Shown here: piece by piece, positions 1-12,272 of the stretch
Layout of the letters: every line of letters starts with the position of its first letter
Position numbering within the stretch: the stretch's first letter is position 1
Source: Cladosporium halotolerans
Lineage: Eukaryota
Direction: 5' to 3'
Length of the DNA stretch: 64,000 bases
Assembly (NCBI RefSeq): GCF_011745625.1
Contig: NW_027191452.1
Span: 124,001 to 188,000, forward strand
Program-made: the position numbers and the translations under genes
Notes under the pieces: model-generated
What the model was told of the DNA's origin: nothing
The model's database searches: none
Seen by the model: only the letters and a program-made list of their open reading frames with translations

Positions 1-838
1 TGAGGTTCGAGACACCAGTGCGGGTGGCGCAGGGCGGGCGCTCGCTGGGGTTCGCGGGCGCGGCGGCTGTCGTGGACATGGGCGCTGCGGCTTTGCGGGC
101 GAGGTCGGTGCTGGGGCAGGCGCGTTTGAAGCCGCCGTTGACGGACATTGTGGGCTGGCCGCATTGCGCGCAGAAGGGGTTGCGGGCGTTCCAGTCGAGG
201 AGTTGGCGGGCTTCGGCGTAGATGGCGGCTGAGGGAGTTCGTTAGTGATGCGATCGTTGCGGGTTGGTGGCAACGCCGTAAAACATACCGTCGCTGGCCT
301 CCAGCTCCATGAGCCTGCCCTTTCCGAACTGCACATCGCCCTGCTCCACCTTGCCAATGAGCTTCTCGCACGCCTCCTTCACACTTCCTCTCGGCGTCAC
401 GTCCACAGCAAAGTACGGCGCGCCAATATACCTGTTCTTCCCCTGGTAATCCAACCCATCCTTGACCCTCTCATCGATCCCCAGAAAAATCATCTGCGGC
501 ACCGTCTTCTCCGAATTATACTGCTCGTGCATCTCCTTCTCGCCCAGCGCATAGGGATCCTCGCCAATGACCGGCTTCACATCCTCGTAGCCCACATACG
601 CCAGCTTCTTGTTCTCCGCGGACTGCACGAGCGGCTGCAGGTCCTTACAAAGCATGAAGGAGGTCGAGGGGTGGCGCAGCGCGCGGCTGAGGAAGACATG
701 GTCGCTGCGCAGGAAGCCCAGGCGGTTGAGCGGCGAACCCGCGAAGTAGTTTGCGACTTCGCGGCCGAACTTGCGGGACAGCATGGAGTCGACGTCCGGG
801 TGGGCGGGGAGGGGGAGGTCGGGCTGTTTCTTAGACAT
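1..838 (-). CDS. NPY1: NADH pyrophosphatase (Nudix, NudC/NPY1 family), 5' part; runs off the window start
   Basis: ATG at 838 (MSKKQPDLP...NYFAGSPLNRLGFLRSD). Intron 229-288 (GTATGT...ACTAAC...CAG) joins to AAIYAEARQLLDWNARNPFCAQCG...C, the NudC zinc-ribbon region. Confidence 0.9.
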
Positions 839-841
839 TTG

Positions 842-880
842 GTGTATATGTGTGTATGTGCGTATGTGTGTATGCGTGTA
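842..880. repeat. Imperfect TG/TATG microsatellite in NPY1 5' leader
   Basis: gtgtatatgtgtgtatgtgcgtatgtgtgtatgcgtgta read directly. Confidence 0.75.
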
Positions 881-1924
881 GGTGTTGGAAGATTGATTTA
901 GGTTGTGGAGAGGTTTCGGGGAGGCGGAGATTTGAGATGGGATGGTTTGGGAGAGAAATTGGTCTTTACCGTCGTGCCACCCAGAGCAGAATGATAATGA
1001 CGTTGGTGATGCAAAGGCACAGCGCGCTGCGGGCTGCTGTGTAATCAACACCGCCGATAGAGGGGCGCCTTTTGCTGCTGGTGGAGTCTACCCTCGGATA
1101 TAAAAGCGGCGTCATATGCCGAGCCGCTGCGCTCATTTGTGGGCCGAGAGTGGTAGAAGAAACGTGCGACTTTTAAGCTTACCCAAAGAGCTTTGTGCAC
1201 AACCTTATACATGCCATCGGATTTGAATAGCACCTAGCATGGTTCGCGAGTCGGACTATACTGGCGCTCACACTTGGTTATCCGCTGAGGGGTCGTGGAA
1301 GATGCGATGGCAAGGTCCTGAGGCTGCGCATTCTGTGTCAGTCTGGTGCAGAGAGGTTCCAGTGTATTATCGCTATCTTATCGAGTTGGACGCATGGCGG
1401 TATAGCTGCATTCCTTTTCTTCCGTGCACCGGAACCACAGAAGGATAAATGAGCCCCGCGGATTTGGTGGATATGGCTGCTTTCGAGAGGAGCCATGCTT
1501 TTGCTGTGCTGCTACGTAGGCCTAATCAGATGCGAAGACCGAAAGTTTGCAGACGCACTCTGCAAGCTTAGGGGCGGAAGCCCGAATACTTGTAGCTCGC
1601 CAGTACACAACAACATCAAAGTGGGACACCTGGTGGTCGCATGCGTGGATTTGCATGGCCTGTCAAGCCCCGGACATCGCCTGGCTGAAACGTGGAGACA
1701 GCAGCGGCGGCCTTGCCTTTCACGTGCTAGCCCCAGGAACAAGGGATCAGGCAGTTGCGTCAAAACCCGCCCAGTGCTTATGACGTTGTCTCTACCGATT
1801 CGCCGAACCTTCATACACCACCTGCACGCAAACACGCCTAGAACGCCGACCTCCCTCTCACACGCAGCCGCCGTCCGACCTCGCCGCACGACTACTGAGG
1901 CAGCAGCCAGCGCAGGCGCAGAGG

Positions 1925-4769
1925 ATGGGCGCGTCGGAGAGCAAGCTCGCCTTCAAAGAGGACATCTTTCGCCTGTCCGGGGACCCAGATATTCCGGCAG
2001 ACAGCTCGTGGTGGTCCCGCTTCTATCAGCTGCCCGAGTCAGCCGAAGATGTCTTCGCCCTGTGGCCGCCGAACGACCTGCGACATCTGACGAACAATAC
2101 CGACGCCTCGCCTGTCTCCACAGGAAACGCGCCGCCGGGCCCCAAGAAGAATGCCGAAACCCTCATTTACATCGCCATCGCCCGCCTCGAGGCCCTGCAG
2201 ACTCGCCATGCCCACTCGGATCCTCACACGCCGATCACGGGGGAAGTGCTCAACTGTGTACGGATATTGACGAGGCTGTTGCCGTATATCTATGAAGCGG
2301 ACCATCTGGCTGCGTGGGAAGCGAAGTTCTTCTGGGAGCCGAGGAAAGGCACTTGGGTTTGGGACAAGAAGCACAATCGCCGGGGTCCGCTCTTCGATGG
2401 GCTAAACCCTCGCAAGAAGCTCGCTGAGGGTTCAGAGAATGAAGAAATCGACAGGCCGCTTGGCGAGCGTCTCATCGACCTGCTCATAAGCTACTTGTTC
2501 TTCCCCGGCTTTGCTTTGCCGAAGAAACTGGACGAAAATAACCTGCCCGACCTGCATGTCTCGTACTCGATATGGCAGAGCGGTATTGGGTGCAAGCAGA
2601 GCCAAGGGATGACGAAAGAGAACGAGCGAAACGCCATGGAGGTTTTGAGACTTTTGCTGACCTTGTCAAGTCGGATGATGTACCTGCCTCCCAGTAAGTC
2701 AACCCAGAAGTTGATAGAACGAAGTTGAGACTGACCAGCATTTAGACGTGGTCGCGCAGGTTGACATCAAGGCGTTGACCTACATCACAACCCAGTGCAG
2801 CCGCCAAGCTGTGCTTAGCTTGATTTGCTCCTTGCTGAATACTGTAAGTCCAATCACAACATTGTACCTGTAGATGTGAGAAGAAAATTGACGCTTCATA
2901 GGTCTTGAAATACAACCCTGCGTCATGGAGGGTACCGCTCGATTTAACAGCCGTGACGAAAGACCCAAAACAGCTCCTGGTCACTTACTCATTGCAATTC
3001 CTCCTGGTATTGATCATCTACCCCGTCCCGAACGACCAAACGAACGCATTCAGAAAGTCACTCAGCCGCCTTCACCGCGTCGAAGACTTCCAATTCATCC
3101 AGCAAGGCATAACCCTTGTTCTCACGCAACCGGTGTCCGGTGTCGCTTCCTATGTCCCCACCGTATCGAAGGCACTTCCATGGGCACCAGAGATGCTAGT
3201 CCTATTTTGGGAACTTCTTCAGTGCAACAAACGCTTCCGGAGCTTCATCATTGACACAGATCGCGCGCACGACTTTATCGTTCTCGTCCTCTACTATGCG
3301 ATGGAGGCGAAAGACGACCCTGCTCGTCAAGGTATCGTGCGCATGTGTGTCTTCATACTCCAGACTCTCAGCGTGGAGCCAACCTTTGGCCGAAGACTCA
3401 ACAAGCCTTTCATCGGTCAAGACTCATTACCTTCTGTCGTTCGCATACCCAACTTCCATGGCTCATACGCGGACTACCTTATCACAAGCATTCACACCAT
3501 TCTGACCACAACCAAGGGACGACTGGAATCCATCTATCCGGCTCTTCTTGCGATCATCAATAATATTGCACCATATGTGCAAGAATTACAAAGAGCGACC
3601 TGCACCAAGCTTGTGGATCTTTACATCTCATTCTCTTCGCCCGCATTCCTCCTGGCCAATGAAAGCAATCACAATCTGCTCTCATCACTCCTTGAAGCCA
3701 TGTGTGCTATCATAGACCACCAGTATGACACGAACAGGCGGTTCGTCGAAATAATCGTCCGGAGCCACAAGCGATTTGAGGCACTCAGAGACTTTACGGT
3801 AGATGGCGCGCTTTCTGAGCTTGACAGAATCAATCAAGAGCGCAAAGATCGCAACAATAACGTTTCAGGAATCACCAGCCCGAGTCGAGGCGCTTCGATC
3901 GATAGCCTTCGCAGCCCAGCGTCCAGCCGCTCTCCTCCGCTTGGTAATGTGCCCGAGCATGGCGCCTTCGCGATTGGAGACGATGATGACGAGGAAGATC
4001 TCGAGACGCCCATCAGCGGGCCTCAGTCCAGATCACAAAGCAACGCTTCTGCATCAATGGAAGACGCCGTCCCAGTGCAGTCTCGCTCCATGTCAGAGAA
4101 AGCACGCGGCAAGCAGCCAGTCGGCCACGGCTCCTTCTCCCGATCAGCCTCCCGCCACGGTTCAACCACAAGCCTTTCCAGCCTCTCAACTCAGACCCAA
4201 CACCCCTTGACCACCAGTACCCAATTCAACCCCACAGCCGACTGGCTCGAAAGCTGGCTCCCCCACCTCCCCCTCCACACCATCCTCCAGGTAATCGAAG
4301 ACAGCAAAACCAGCGGCACGCCGCACCCGCGCCGCCAACCAGCCGCAGCAGCCTCCTCCACCGCAGACGACGCCGCCGCGACGCCCCGCGCAGACCGTAA
4401 GCCTCCCCCTCTTCTCCCAAAGCCCTCCATTTTCCAACACACACTAACCGGCATCCAACAGAGCCTCCACCCCCACCCATCCGCCTGCAGACCTTCACCT
4501 GGTCCAGCCTGGCTCTGGGCTGGTACGTCTCGATGCTGTGGGGCTTCATCTTCGCGCAGGACGCGCAGAACAACCGCGGCAGCAACGGGCTGTGGGCCGG
4601 GACTTCTATCAAGTTGTTCAACATCGCGAATCGGTATGAGAACATCAGTCTGAGGAGTCCGAAGGGGGCTGTTGATGCGGTGGGGGATTCGCTTGCGAGG
4701 AGGATAAGCAGTTTGGGGTTCGGGGCGGGGGCTGGGGCGACGCAGGGTGCGGCCCGGGAAGGGGCTTAG
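1925..4769 (+). CDS. HID1: HID1/Ecm30 family Golgi-associated protein
   Basis: N-terminus MGASESKLAFK (myristoylation-type Gly2); conserved LRLLLTL, ELLQCNKRF, WLPHLPLHTI and LWAGTSIKLF blocks. Introns 2694-2745, 2844-2901 and 4397-4461 join the ORF pieces in frame. Confidence 0.88.
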
Positions 4770-5231
4770 GATGGAATCAACGTTGGACGATCAGAGGGCT
4801 GGGTTTGGAAGAGTGTCACGTCGTGTGCTGAGATTGGGGTTGAGTTGAATTCCAAGCGGAACTGATGCAGTGGCGTCAAAGCTGTGATAGTGTTTGACCG
4901 AGTAGCGAAGAGTGGCTTCGCTTAATACAGCATCACTTTGACGATTATGCATCTTGTCTGCAAAGAAGTGCACGATTCCATGGAAGCGATGAAGCAAAGG
5001 GAACCCACGCATTTGTATTTCCTCCGCGCTATGTAAGTAAGTAACTCAAGCCAAGCTGATCCAAAGGAGTGTGTGTAGTTGGTCTGTCCAGGAGCCGCGC
5101 GAACAAATCAATCCCAAAATAAAGAGCCGACAGAGGAAGCCCCCCATCGGCCAGAAGCAAAGACGTTTCCAATCTATGATGCGAAACCCGTTCACCCGCT
5201 CATGACTACCACTGGCAATTCCAACTACCAT

Positions 5232-6005
5232 TTACCAGCCCCTCTTGGTGGTGCACTTCTGCTCGGTCTTGACGTATGTGGTCGTGTAAGGCTTGGTCTG
5301 CGAGCAGAGCGACGACGTGACCTTGGGCACGCTGGTGACGACGGTGGTGTGGCCGTTCTTGGTCCTGGTGACGATGGTGTAGGAGTAGTCTGTGTAGGGC
5401 TTGGTGATGGTCGTGACGCCCGAGGTGACGCCGGTGCGGACGGAAGTGACGGGCGAAGTGTGCTTGATCGTGCTCTTCTCGGTGCGGATGTCGTCGACGA
5501 GGATGGTGGAGACGATGGTGGTCGTGATGGGCTTCTCTGTGGGGAGGGAACGCTGTCAGTGGGATGCTGGGGAATGGAGGGAGGGGAAAGGGGACGGCTT
5601 ACTGCCGATGGTCGTGACGCGGGTCGTGACCTCGTCGGAGGTGCTGTAGCCAACTGAAGTGGAGGTGTACGGGCCGGAGAACGGACGCGTGATGGTGGAG
5701 ATGCCGGTGATCTTAGTGCGGTCCTTCTTGGTGTAGGTCTTCGGGACATTGGTCTTGTAGGTCGTCGGGACGTAGGATGTGATGGGCTTGTAGGAAGTGA
5801 GGGTGGTGACGCCGGTAGAGGTGCTCGTCTTGGAGATGGTCCAGCAGGAAGTGGTGCTGCCGTATCCGGGAGGCTGGGTTGGGTCACCCTGAGTGGAAGA
5901 GCTGGTGGTAGTGCCGCCGTATGAGGGAGGGGTGTTGGGAAGACCCGAAACCAAAGAGCTAACGCTGAGCAAAGCGGCAGCGGCGATCTTCATGGTGGAA
6001 AACAT
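5232..6005 (-). CDS. Secreted Thr/Ser-rich protein, putative cell-wall or adhesin-like
   Basis: Signal peptide MKIAAAALLSVSSLVSG-LP; very Thr-rich body; intron 5537-5602 (GTAAGC...CTGAC...CAG); last exon ends EQKCTTKRGW*. Confidence 0.8.
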
Positions 6006-7912
6006 CTTGGAACGAGTGTTTTGAGGTTTGGATGAGTGAATGTGAATTAAGAGTTAGGGTGTAGCTGCAATTAAACGGCTTGATGATTGTGAAGAAGGAC
6101 GGGAGTTAATGAGGGAGCAAGTGGCTTATATACAATCACATCGCAGTCGAGACCAGTCCATGAGTTCAATTGCACGCCATTGAGGCGTTCAATATCCGCG
6201 CAGAAACGATAATACTTCGCCACGGATTCAGCAGTCTAATACTTGACATCCTGGACCGGACCCACCGATGTGACGTGCCTTTCTGTGAGATTGATTGTAA
6301 GATCAATCCATGGCCGGACACCGCGAAAGGCTTGCAGCAAGCTGAGACGCGGTGCAATATTGAAAAAATCCGTGCGTGAGGAGTCTTGGGTAGATCGGGT
6401 GTACCTGGAGGGAACGCTGGAGCTACAACCCAGTGTTACTGCAACATTCGCCTCAATCATCAGCATAATGACCAGCTATTGGATCCGCTAACGTAAAGTT
6501 TGGACGTATCGGATCGCTTGTAGACACAACAGCCTCCCGGAAGACATAAATCGGCACGCAAATCATGACTGAATAGAGCGGAAGATGACCTCTGCGAAGA
6601 TGGCATGATGGGACGAGGTGGCGAAGCGCCAAAATTAGAGTAAGACAAAGTGGTCGACAAGCAGCGGGTGGCTGCTCTGGCTCGTGGTGCTTTCAAGCTT
6701 GATCTTCACTCCTCCGATAGACGGGCTCTGGTTACCAGTTACCGTAGGAGCAGAAAACAGGACATTCGATAGGGCCAGCACGAAATGGTTCCTGGCAGAT
6801 TATCGGCTTGCAGGTGCGCCATGTGGGCATTAGGATCCAGCCATCAGGCGTTGGGATGTCACAGCATATTCGTTACGGAGCAAAGGAGAGCCTCTCGTTG
6901 GCTTCACTTTCTTACGGCACCACCAGGTACCCGACAGTGGCGTAGTTGGATTGTCAATCTGTGTAACTTGGATGAAAGAAGCGGGCGCCCCTCGCGCGGT
7001 CAAAGTTGAAGCTTGTTCTGGACGCTATTCTTGTATGTGAGCACGCTAAGTAGTCGCATAAAACTGAAAATCGGATAAAGGTATGTGTACGCTTCCAGGT
7101 AGGGTTGAAACACTTTCGACCAACAAACTCGTCGACATGGCGATTATTGCAACAGAGCGCTCCCTCAGAACAGATGACCAAGGCAACACCTGCACGCTGA
7201 CACGAGGTGGCAACCATTTGGCTTACATACCAGGTAATGAGAACGTTTGCACGTTGCTTGATGGAGCGTGGATGCCATGTGGTGCCTGGGCCGAGCAGTG
7301 GTGCTGCTGTCCAACTGTGGCGTGCTCAGCGCACCCGGGATTCTCTTCCAGACATGCAGAAAGCACAGCCTCCCGGCGAATAGCGACTTCAAAGGGTATT
7401 TTCCTGACTGGGCTCTGATGTGACATCTGTTTTGCCGTGCGAAAAGAATCAATGGTCCAGCATCTTAAGACATCAATGCAAGGCTCAGGGGCATGCCTCC
7501 ATCACCCAAAGTGGACATTCCTGTTGGAGAGTGAAGTGAACTTCCAAAAGCCGGAGTCGTGATGCATCGTACTGAGCACCTAGTCGCGTGAGATCATTCT
7601 GGACATGGCCGACATGTGTTGCCTGTGCAAGTCGCGAGCAAGGATGGTTTCTCTGCTTGGGGAAACTCGCAGTTCAGCCCTTCAGCTTGCCAGGTGGTCC
7701 GAGCACCCACCACTGCCGTGCGCCCTCGTCTCGCATCCCCGACTCGCGTGCGTGTCCTCATTCGGCGACAGCAGCGACGACCCCTCTGCCACCAGTCCAG
7801 CGACCGCACCACCCAGACCATTGCCCGTCAGTGTGTCAAGAATAGCTCACCCACCGTCAATCCCACCGAGCCATCGCGACAGCAAGGTCGCGCCCGCCCG
7901 CCGAAAGCCACA

Positions 7913-8671
7913 ATGCTGGTCCTCTACTCCCTCCTGACCCTCCTGGGCACGCTCTCGAGCTTCGCTACCGCGACCGCCCTGACCTACAAGCTCACGCCCA
8001 ACGAGAAAGAGTGCTTCTACACACACGTTGCGAAGGAGGGCTCCAAGGTTGCTTTTTACTTTGCTGTGCAGAGTGGTGGATCCTTCGACAGTATGCTGCA
8101 TTGGCAACACGCGTTCACATGAGTATGGGCGCTAACGGATACACAGTTGACTACATTGTTACTGGACCCTCAAAAGAGCCTGGCAAGGAGAGGACAATAC
8201 TAGACGGCGAGAAGGAGCGCCAGGGCGACTACGTTTTCACGGCGAACTACCCTGGCGAGTACCGCTTCTGCTTTGACAACTCCGTGTCCACCTTCACGGA
8301 CAAGCTTGTCGACTTTGAGATTTCGGTATGATAGACGTAGTCTCGGATTGCACTTCCCAATCGTGCTAACACCAAAATAGGTTGAAGACGAAGTCCGCGC
8401 GAACCTGCCGCAAAAGACCGGCGCGACTCCCGAGCAGCTCAGCAGCGTCGAAGAGACCATCCTCAAGGTTTCCAGCCAGATCTCCACTCTCACCCGCCAG
8501 CAAAAGTACTTCCGCACTCGCGAGAACAGGAACTTCAGCACAGTCAGGAGCACGGAGAGGCGCGTGTTCAACTTCAGCTTGCTCGAGGGCGCCGTGATGG
8601 TCGGCATGGCATGCCTGCAGGTCTTTGTCGTGAGGATGTTCTTCACTGGCGGCCGCAAGGGCTACGTATAA
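7913..8671 (+). CDS. p24/emp24/gp25L family cargo receptor (GOLD domain, Erp3-like)
   Basis: Signal peptide, KECFY...GEYRFCFDN GOLD domain, QKYFRTRENRNFSTVRSTE coiled coil, C-terminal TM segment and FFTGGRKGYV*. Introns 8091-8146 and 8326-8380. Confidence 0.92.
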
Positions 8672-8743
8672 ATATACAAAATATCGCCGTTTGGCATGTC
8701 ACATTTACCAGCGAACCGTGGTCGATTTCAATCTTTCGCGTTG

Positions 8744-9288
8744 CTACCCAACCCTCTCGCCGTTATCTATCACCATGTATTCATCGCCAACCATCATCCG
8801 CATCTCCGACTCGATCATGAAGTTGTCGTGATCTGGCGTCAGGGCTTTCGATGCCGGATCGTACCTAAGATCGAAAAAGTCAGTTGAAAACATAACCAAA
8901 AAGTATAGACAAGCCCGACATGAACTTCGCAAAGTCTTTGTAGTCCTTGAAAACAAAGGTGCAGATCGCGTCGTAATCCATCATCTGAACTTGGCCCCGC
9001 AACATGTCGCTCATAATAGTCCTGTCACGTTGCAAGCAATACGTCTGCTCACAAAAGGGACAAGGTCTTAGCACAAGCGACATTCACAGAAAGTGATAAG
9101 AAACCTACGAGGCTATACGTGATCACGTTGTGTTTCTGCAAGACTGGCGCGGCCATCTGTGCATGCTTGTGGTTGTAATGCTCGATGAAATCGGCATCCG
9201 TCATCCCTTCCTTTTTTTTGACCAGGATGGTGGCTTTCACGACCTTCCGAAAGCCAGTGGTTGAGGGGTACCCGGCTTCGAGTACCAT
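8744..9288 (-). CDS. EthD-domain (dimeric alpha+beta barrel) protein
   Basis: KKKEGMTDADFIEHYNHKHA...YDAICTFVF...DHDNF motifs. Introns 9045-9108 and 8865-8919 (weak GTCGGG donor) keep the frame. Confidence 0.8.
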
Positions 9289-10058
9289 CTTTCTGTTGTA
9301 TGGAACGAAGCGAAACTGTCGATCGTATATCGTCTCAAATCGTATCTGTTGACATGACCTCACTCCCGTCAGATCCCCGCCAAGGCGGGGATCCACAACC
9401 GTTCTGCGCCGGTTCGCGGTCCCCCAATGCTTATGTTCGTCTCACCAGTAGCCTGCAATATTCGCGTAACATATTCACGCAGCTTTCCCAGTTGTCCCAG
9501 GCCCTTAAACCTTTGCTCAGCCCCCGGTACTTGCAATTTCAGCTGATACTCAGCTGCTACTCTGCTGTCTGGTACGATGCTTTGCGGCTAGAGCTCCTTG
9601 GCGTCCCCAGGATGATACGAGGCTGGGAGAGCCTTATTGGCCTCGCGCCCACGTGCGCTTGCGACTTCGCCTCCCTGACCCTTGCTTTGTGCGATTGACT
9701 CTCACTGCCTAATGGGACATGCGCGCGCTGATTTTGCTACATTGTACATACGTCTTTGCCTCTGGACAACACTCCGTTCTCTCATGGACTTATTTTCAGC
9801 AGCTGAGCTCGACTGATCACCACGTCAAGGCTACAGACGACGGACGGCCTTCCAACACTTGTAGTTCAGCGTTCATTACGGCACCAACGCTTCGCATGCG
9901 ATAAAGAGCCACCTCAGTTTTGATTTATGGATGCGAACTTTTCGGTCAAAAGCTCTTGCTGTCTTGAATTGTGCATGACCAACTCGCGACGACAGTTGCA
10001 ACGACATATCGAATTCCCCAGTGTATATACGCAAACACCAAAGCCGGTTCCTAAAAGC

Positions 10059-11514
10059 ATGTTGAGCAACATCCCTTGCGGCCTCGGTGGCAGAACTGGT
10101 CGCTACCTCGTCCTCCTTCTTGGCATGGGCATCCCAGTAATCGTTTTGTGGTCATTTTGGTACGCGATCAACTCTGATCGCGACGATATCAGCCCGCTCT
10201 TGAACCAATTGATTCCAGCGGGGCACTGCGCATGTCAGTCTGCAACAGTGTTCGAATGCCAGTCTTGTCTGGAGCCTCTTACTGTCGAAACAAACGTTAC
10301 GGACGCTGACGAATGGAGTTTCGAGTACGGAAGAGACGACCGAAACGCTGGACTGTCCGAAGATCAATGCTCAGTCGCGTTCCCTGGCCTCTTCGAAGAC
10401 GTCGAGCGCGGAGCCCGATACTGGAAAGACAACGGTAACATCCCGACATCACGCCTGGACGAGGTTGATCTACAGCCAGGCATGACGCGCGCGATGATCT
10501 ACAAGGGTGACTTGTACATCGTTTCTAGTAGCTCGAAAGGCGAAGACCACAGACGCAAGACCTTGGCTACACTGAGTGCCATGCACCGCGCGCTCGCTGC
10601 CATGTCGCTCCGTCGAACAGCGCCAGATATCGAATTCATCTTCTCAATTGAGGACAAAGCGTCTGATGTCGTGGGCGTCGGCTATCCTATCTGGGTGTTT
10701 GCTCGAAAGCCAAGCGAGGCTTCTCTGTTTCTAATGCCTGACTTTGGTTTCTGGGCTTGGGACAACATGATCAAGGGGCAGAACAACGAAATCGGCTCGT
10801 ACGACGATGTAGTCGAGAAAGTCAAGCAGGTCGAGCAAGGCGTCACCTTCGCCGAAAAAGAAGCAAAACTAGTCTGGCGCGGCAAGCTCAGCTTCGCCCC
10901 CAAACTCCGCCGTACATTACTAGACGTCGCCCGCGGACAGCAATGGAGCGCCGTTAGAGAGCTGAGTTGGAAAGTCAAGCAGAACTACATGACACTAGAA
11001 GACCACTGCAAATACCAATACATCGCTCACGTCGAAGGTACAGATCCTTTACATCCAGGCTCCCTAAACCACAACACCCACTAACAACCCCCCTCCAGGC
11101 CGTTCCTACTCCGCCTCCCTCAAATACCGCCAAGCCTGCCGCTCCGTCATCGTCGCCCACAAACTGCAATACATCCAGCACCACCACTACCTGCTCAGCG
11201 CCCACGGCCCCACGCAGAACTACGTCGAAGTCGAGCGCGACTTCTCCGACCTCGCGAACACGATGGCGCGCTTGCTCGCGGACCCGGCCGAGGCGCAGCG
11301 CATCGCGGACAATTCTGTCCGAACGTTCCGCGAGCGCTACCTCACTCCTGCTGCGGAGGCGTGCTACTGGCGGCGCTTGTGGGCGGCGTATGCGAGCGTG
11401 TCGGAGTCGCCGAAGCTGTGGCGGGATGAGGCGAGGAGGGCAAAGAGGGGGTTGAGGTTCGAGACATTCGTATTGTTGTCGAGTGGGGAGATGTATGAGT
11501 TTCACGCGGCCTGA
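10059..11514 (+). CDS. CAP10-like glycosyltransferase family 90 protein, type II membrane
   Basis: N-terminal TM segment; LMPDFGFWAW, KLVWRG, EDHCKYQYIAHVEG/RSYSASLKY and NYVEVERDFSDL motifs; intron 11038-11098. Confidence 0.85.
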
Positions 11515-12272
11515 CCTGGTTTGGTCGGGCAAGACAGCACCTACCAGTCATATGAGCGGCTTTGGAGTTTTCCGTACTTATCAATAGTCGGTCTAAACGA
11601 CTTGACCGGACGAGCCAGGGTCTGTGATTGCAAGCATGGCGTGGTAAAAAGCACGCGCAACGCCATGACCGCGAATGATAAAACGAAACGCATATTGTAA
11701 CAATACATAGTCCGTCAAAGAGAAGGACTCAGACAAAAAAGCAAAAACATACAACAGGCGGGATTCCCAGATGGTCACCCACTCTAGTACTAGTCGCCCG
11801 GTTCAGTGCTTATGTATGGCAGAGCGGACGGGATGCCCAATTTTCACTGACCTATGGTCGTATGTGCAAGCTCTTTGCAGTTTAGTGATTATGATGTTAA
11901 CGCAACGTACGCTCTTCCCACTCCATTATAGACGGGAGTATTATAAGCTCAATTTTCTCCTAGGTACCTAGGTAAGGTAGGTATGTACAGCGCTCTAAGG
12001 TATCTACACCTCTCAAGCACCGCGCCTGCCATAAGATTTTTCTCGGCTTACAACAGCACGCCGCTTCCATTTTCCGAGCTTAAAGAGCAAACGATAAGGA
12101 AGCAACTAATACCTTACGCCATCAACTTGCGAAATGGATCTTAGATACCGACTGCATCTGCGCGAACCCTTGATCCTATCTTTCGGTGTCAACGATCGGT
12201 CAACTGCCTGGCTTACTGCCCTTAATGCCAGGCCTGTTGAGCACTCGTCTCCGAGCTTCCAGTCGATGAAGG

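Noticed and set aside
7083..7418. Cys-rich 111-aa ORF (NTCTL/NVCTL, WCCCP)
   Set aside because: No signal peptide or gene structure could be built; insufficient evidence for an effector gene.
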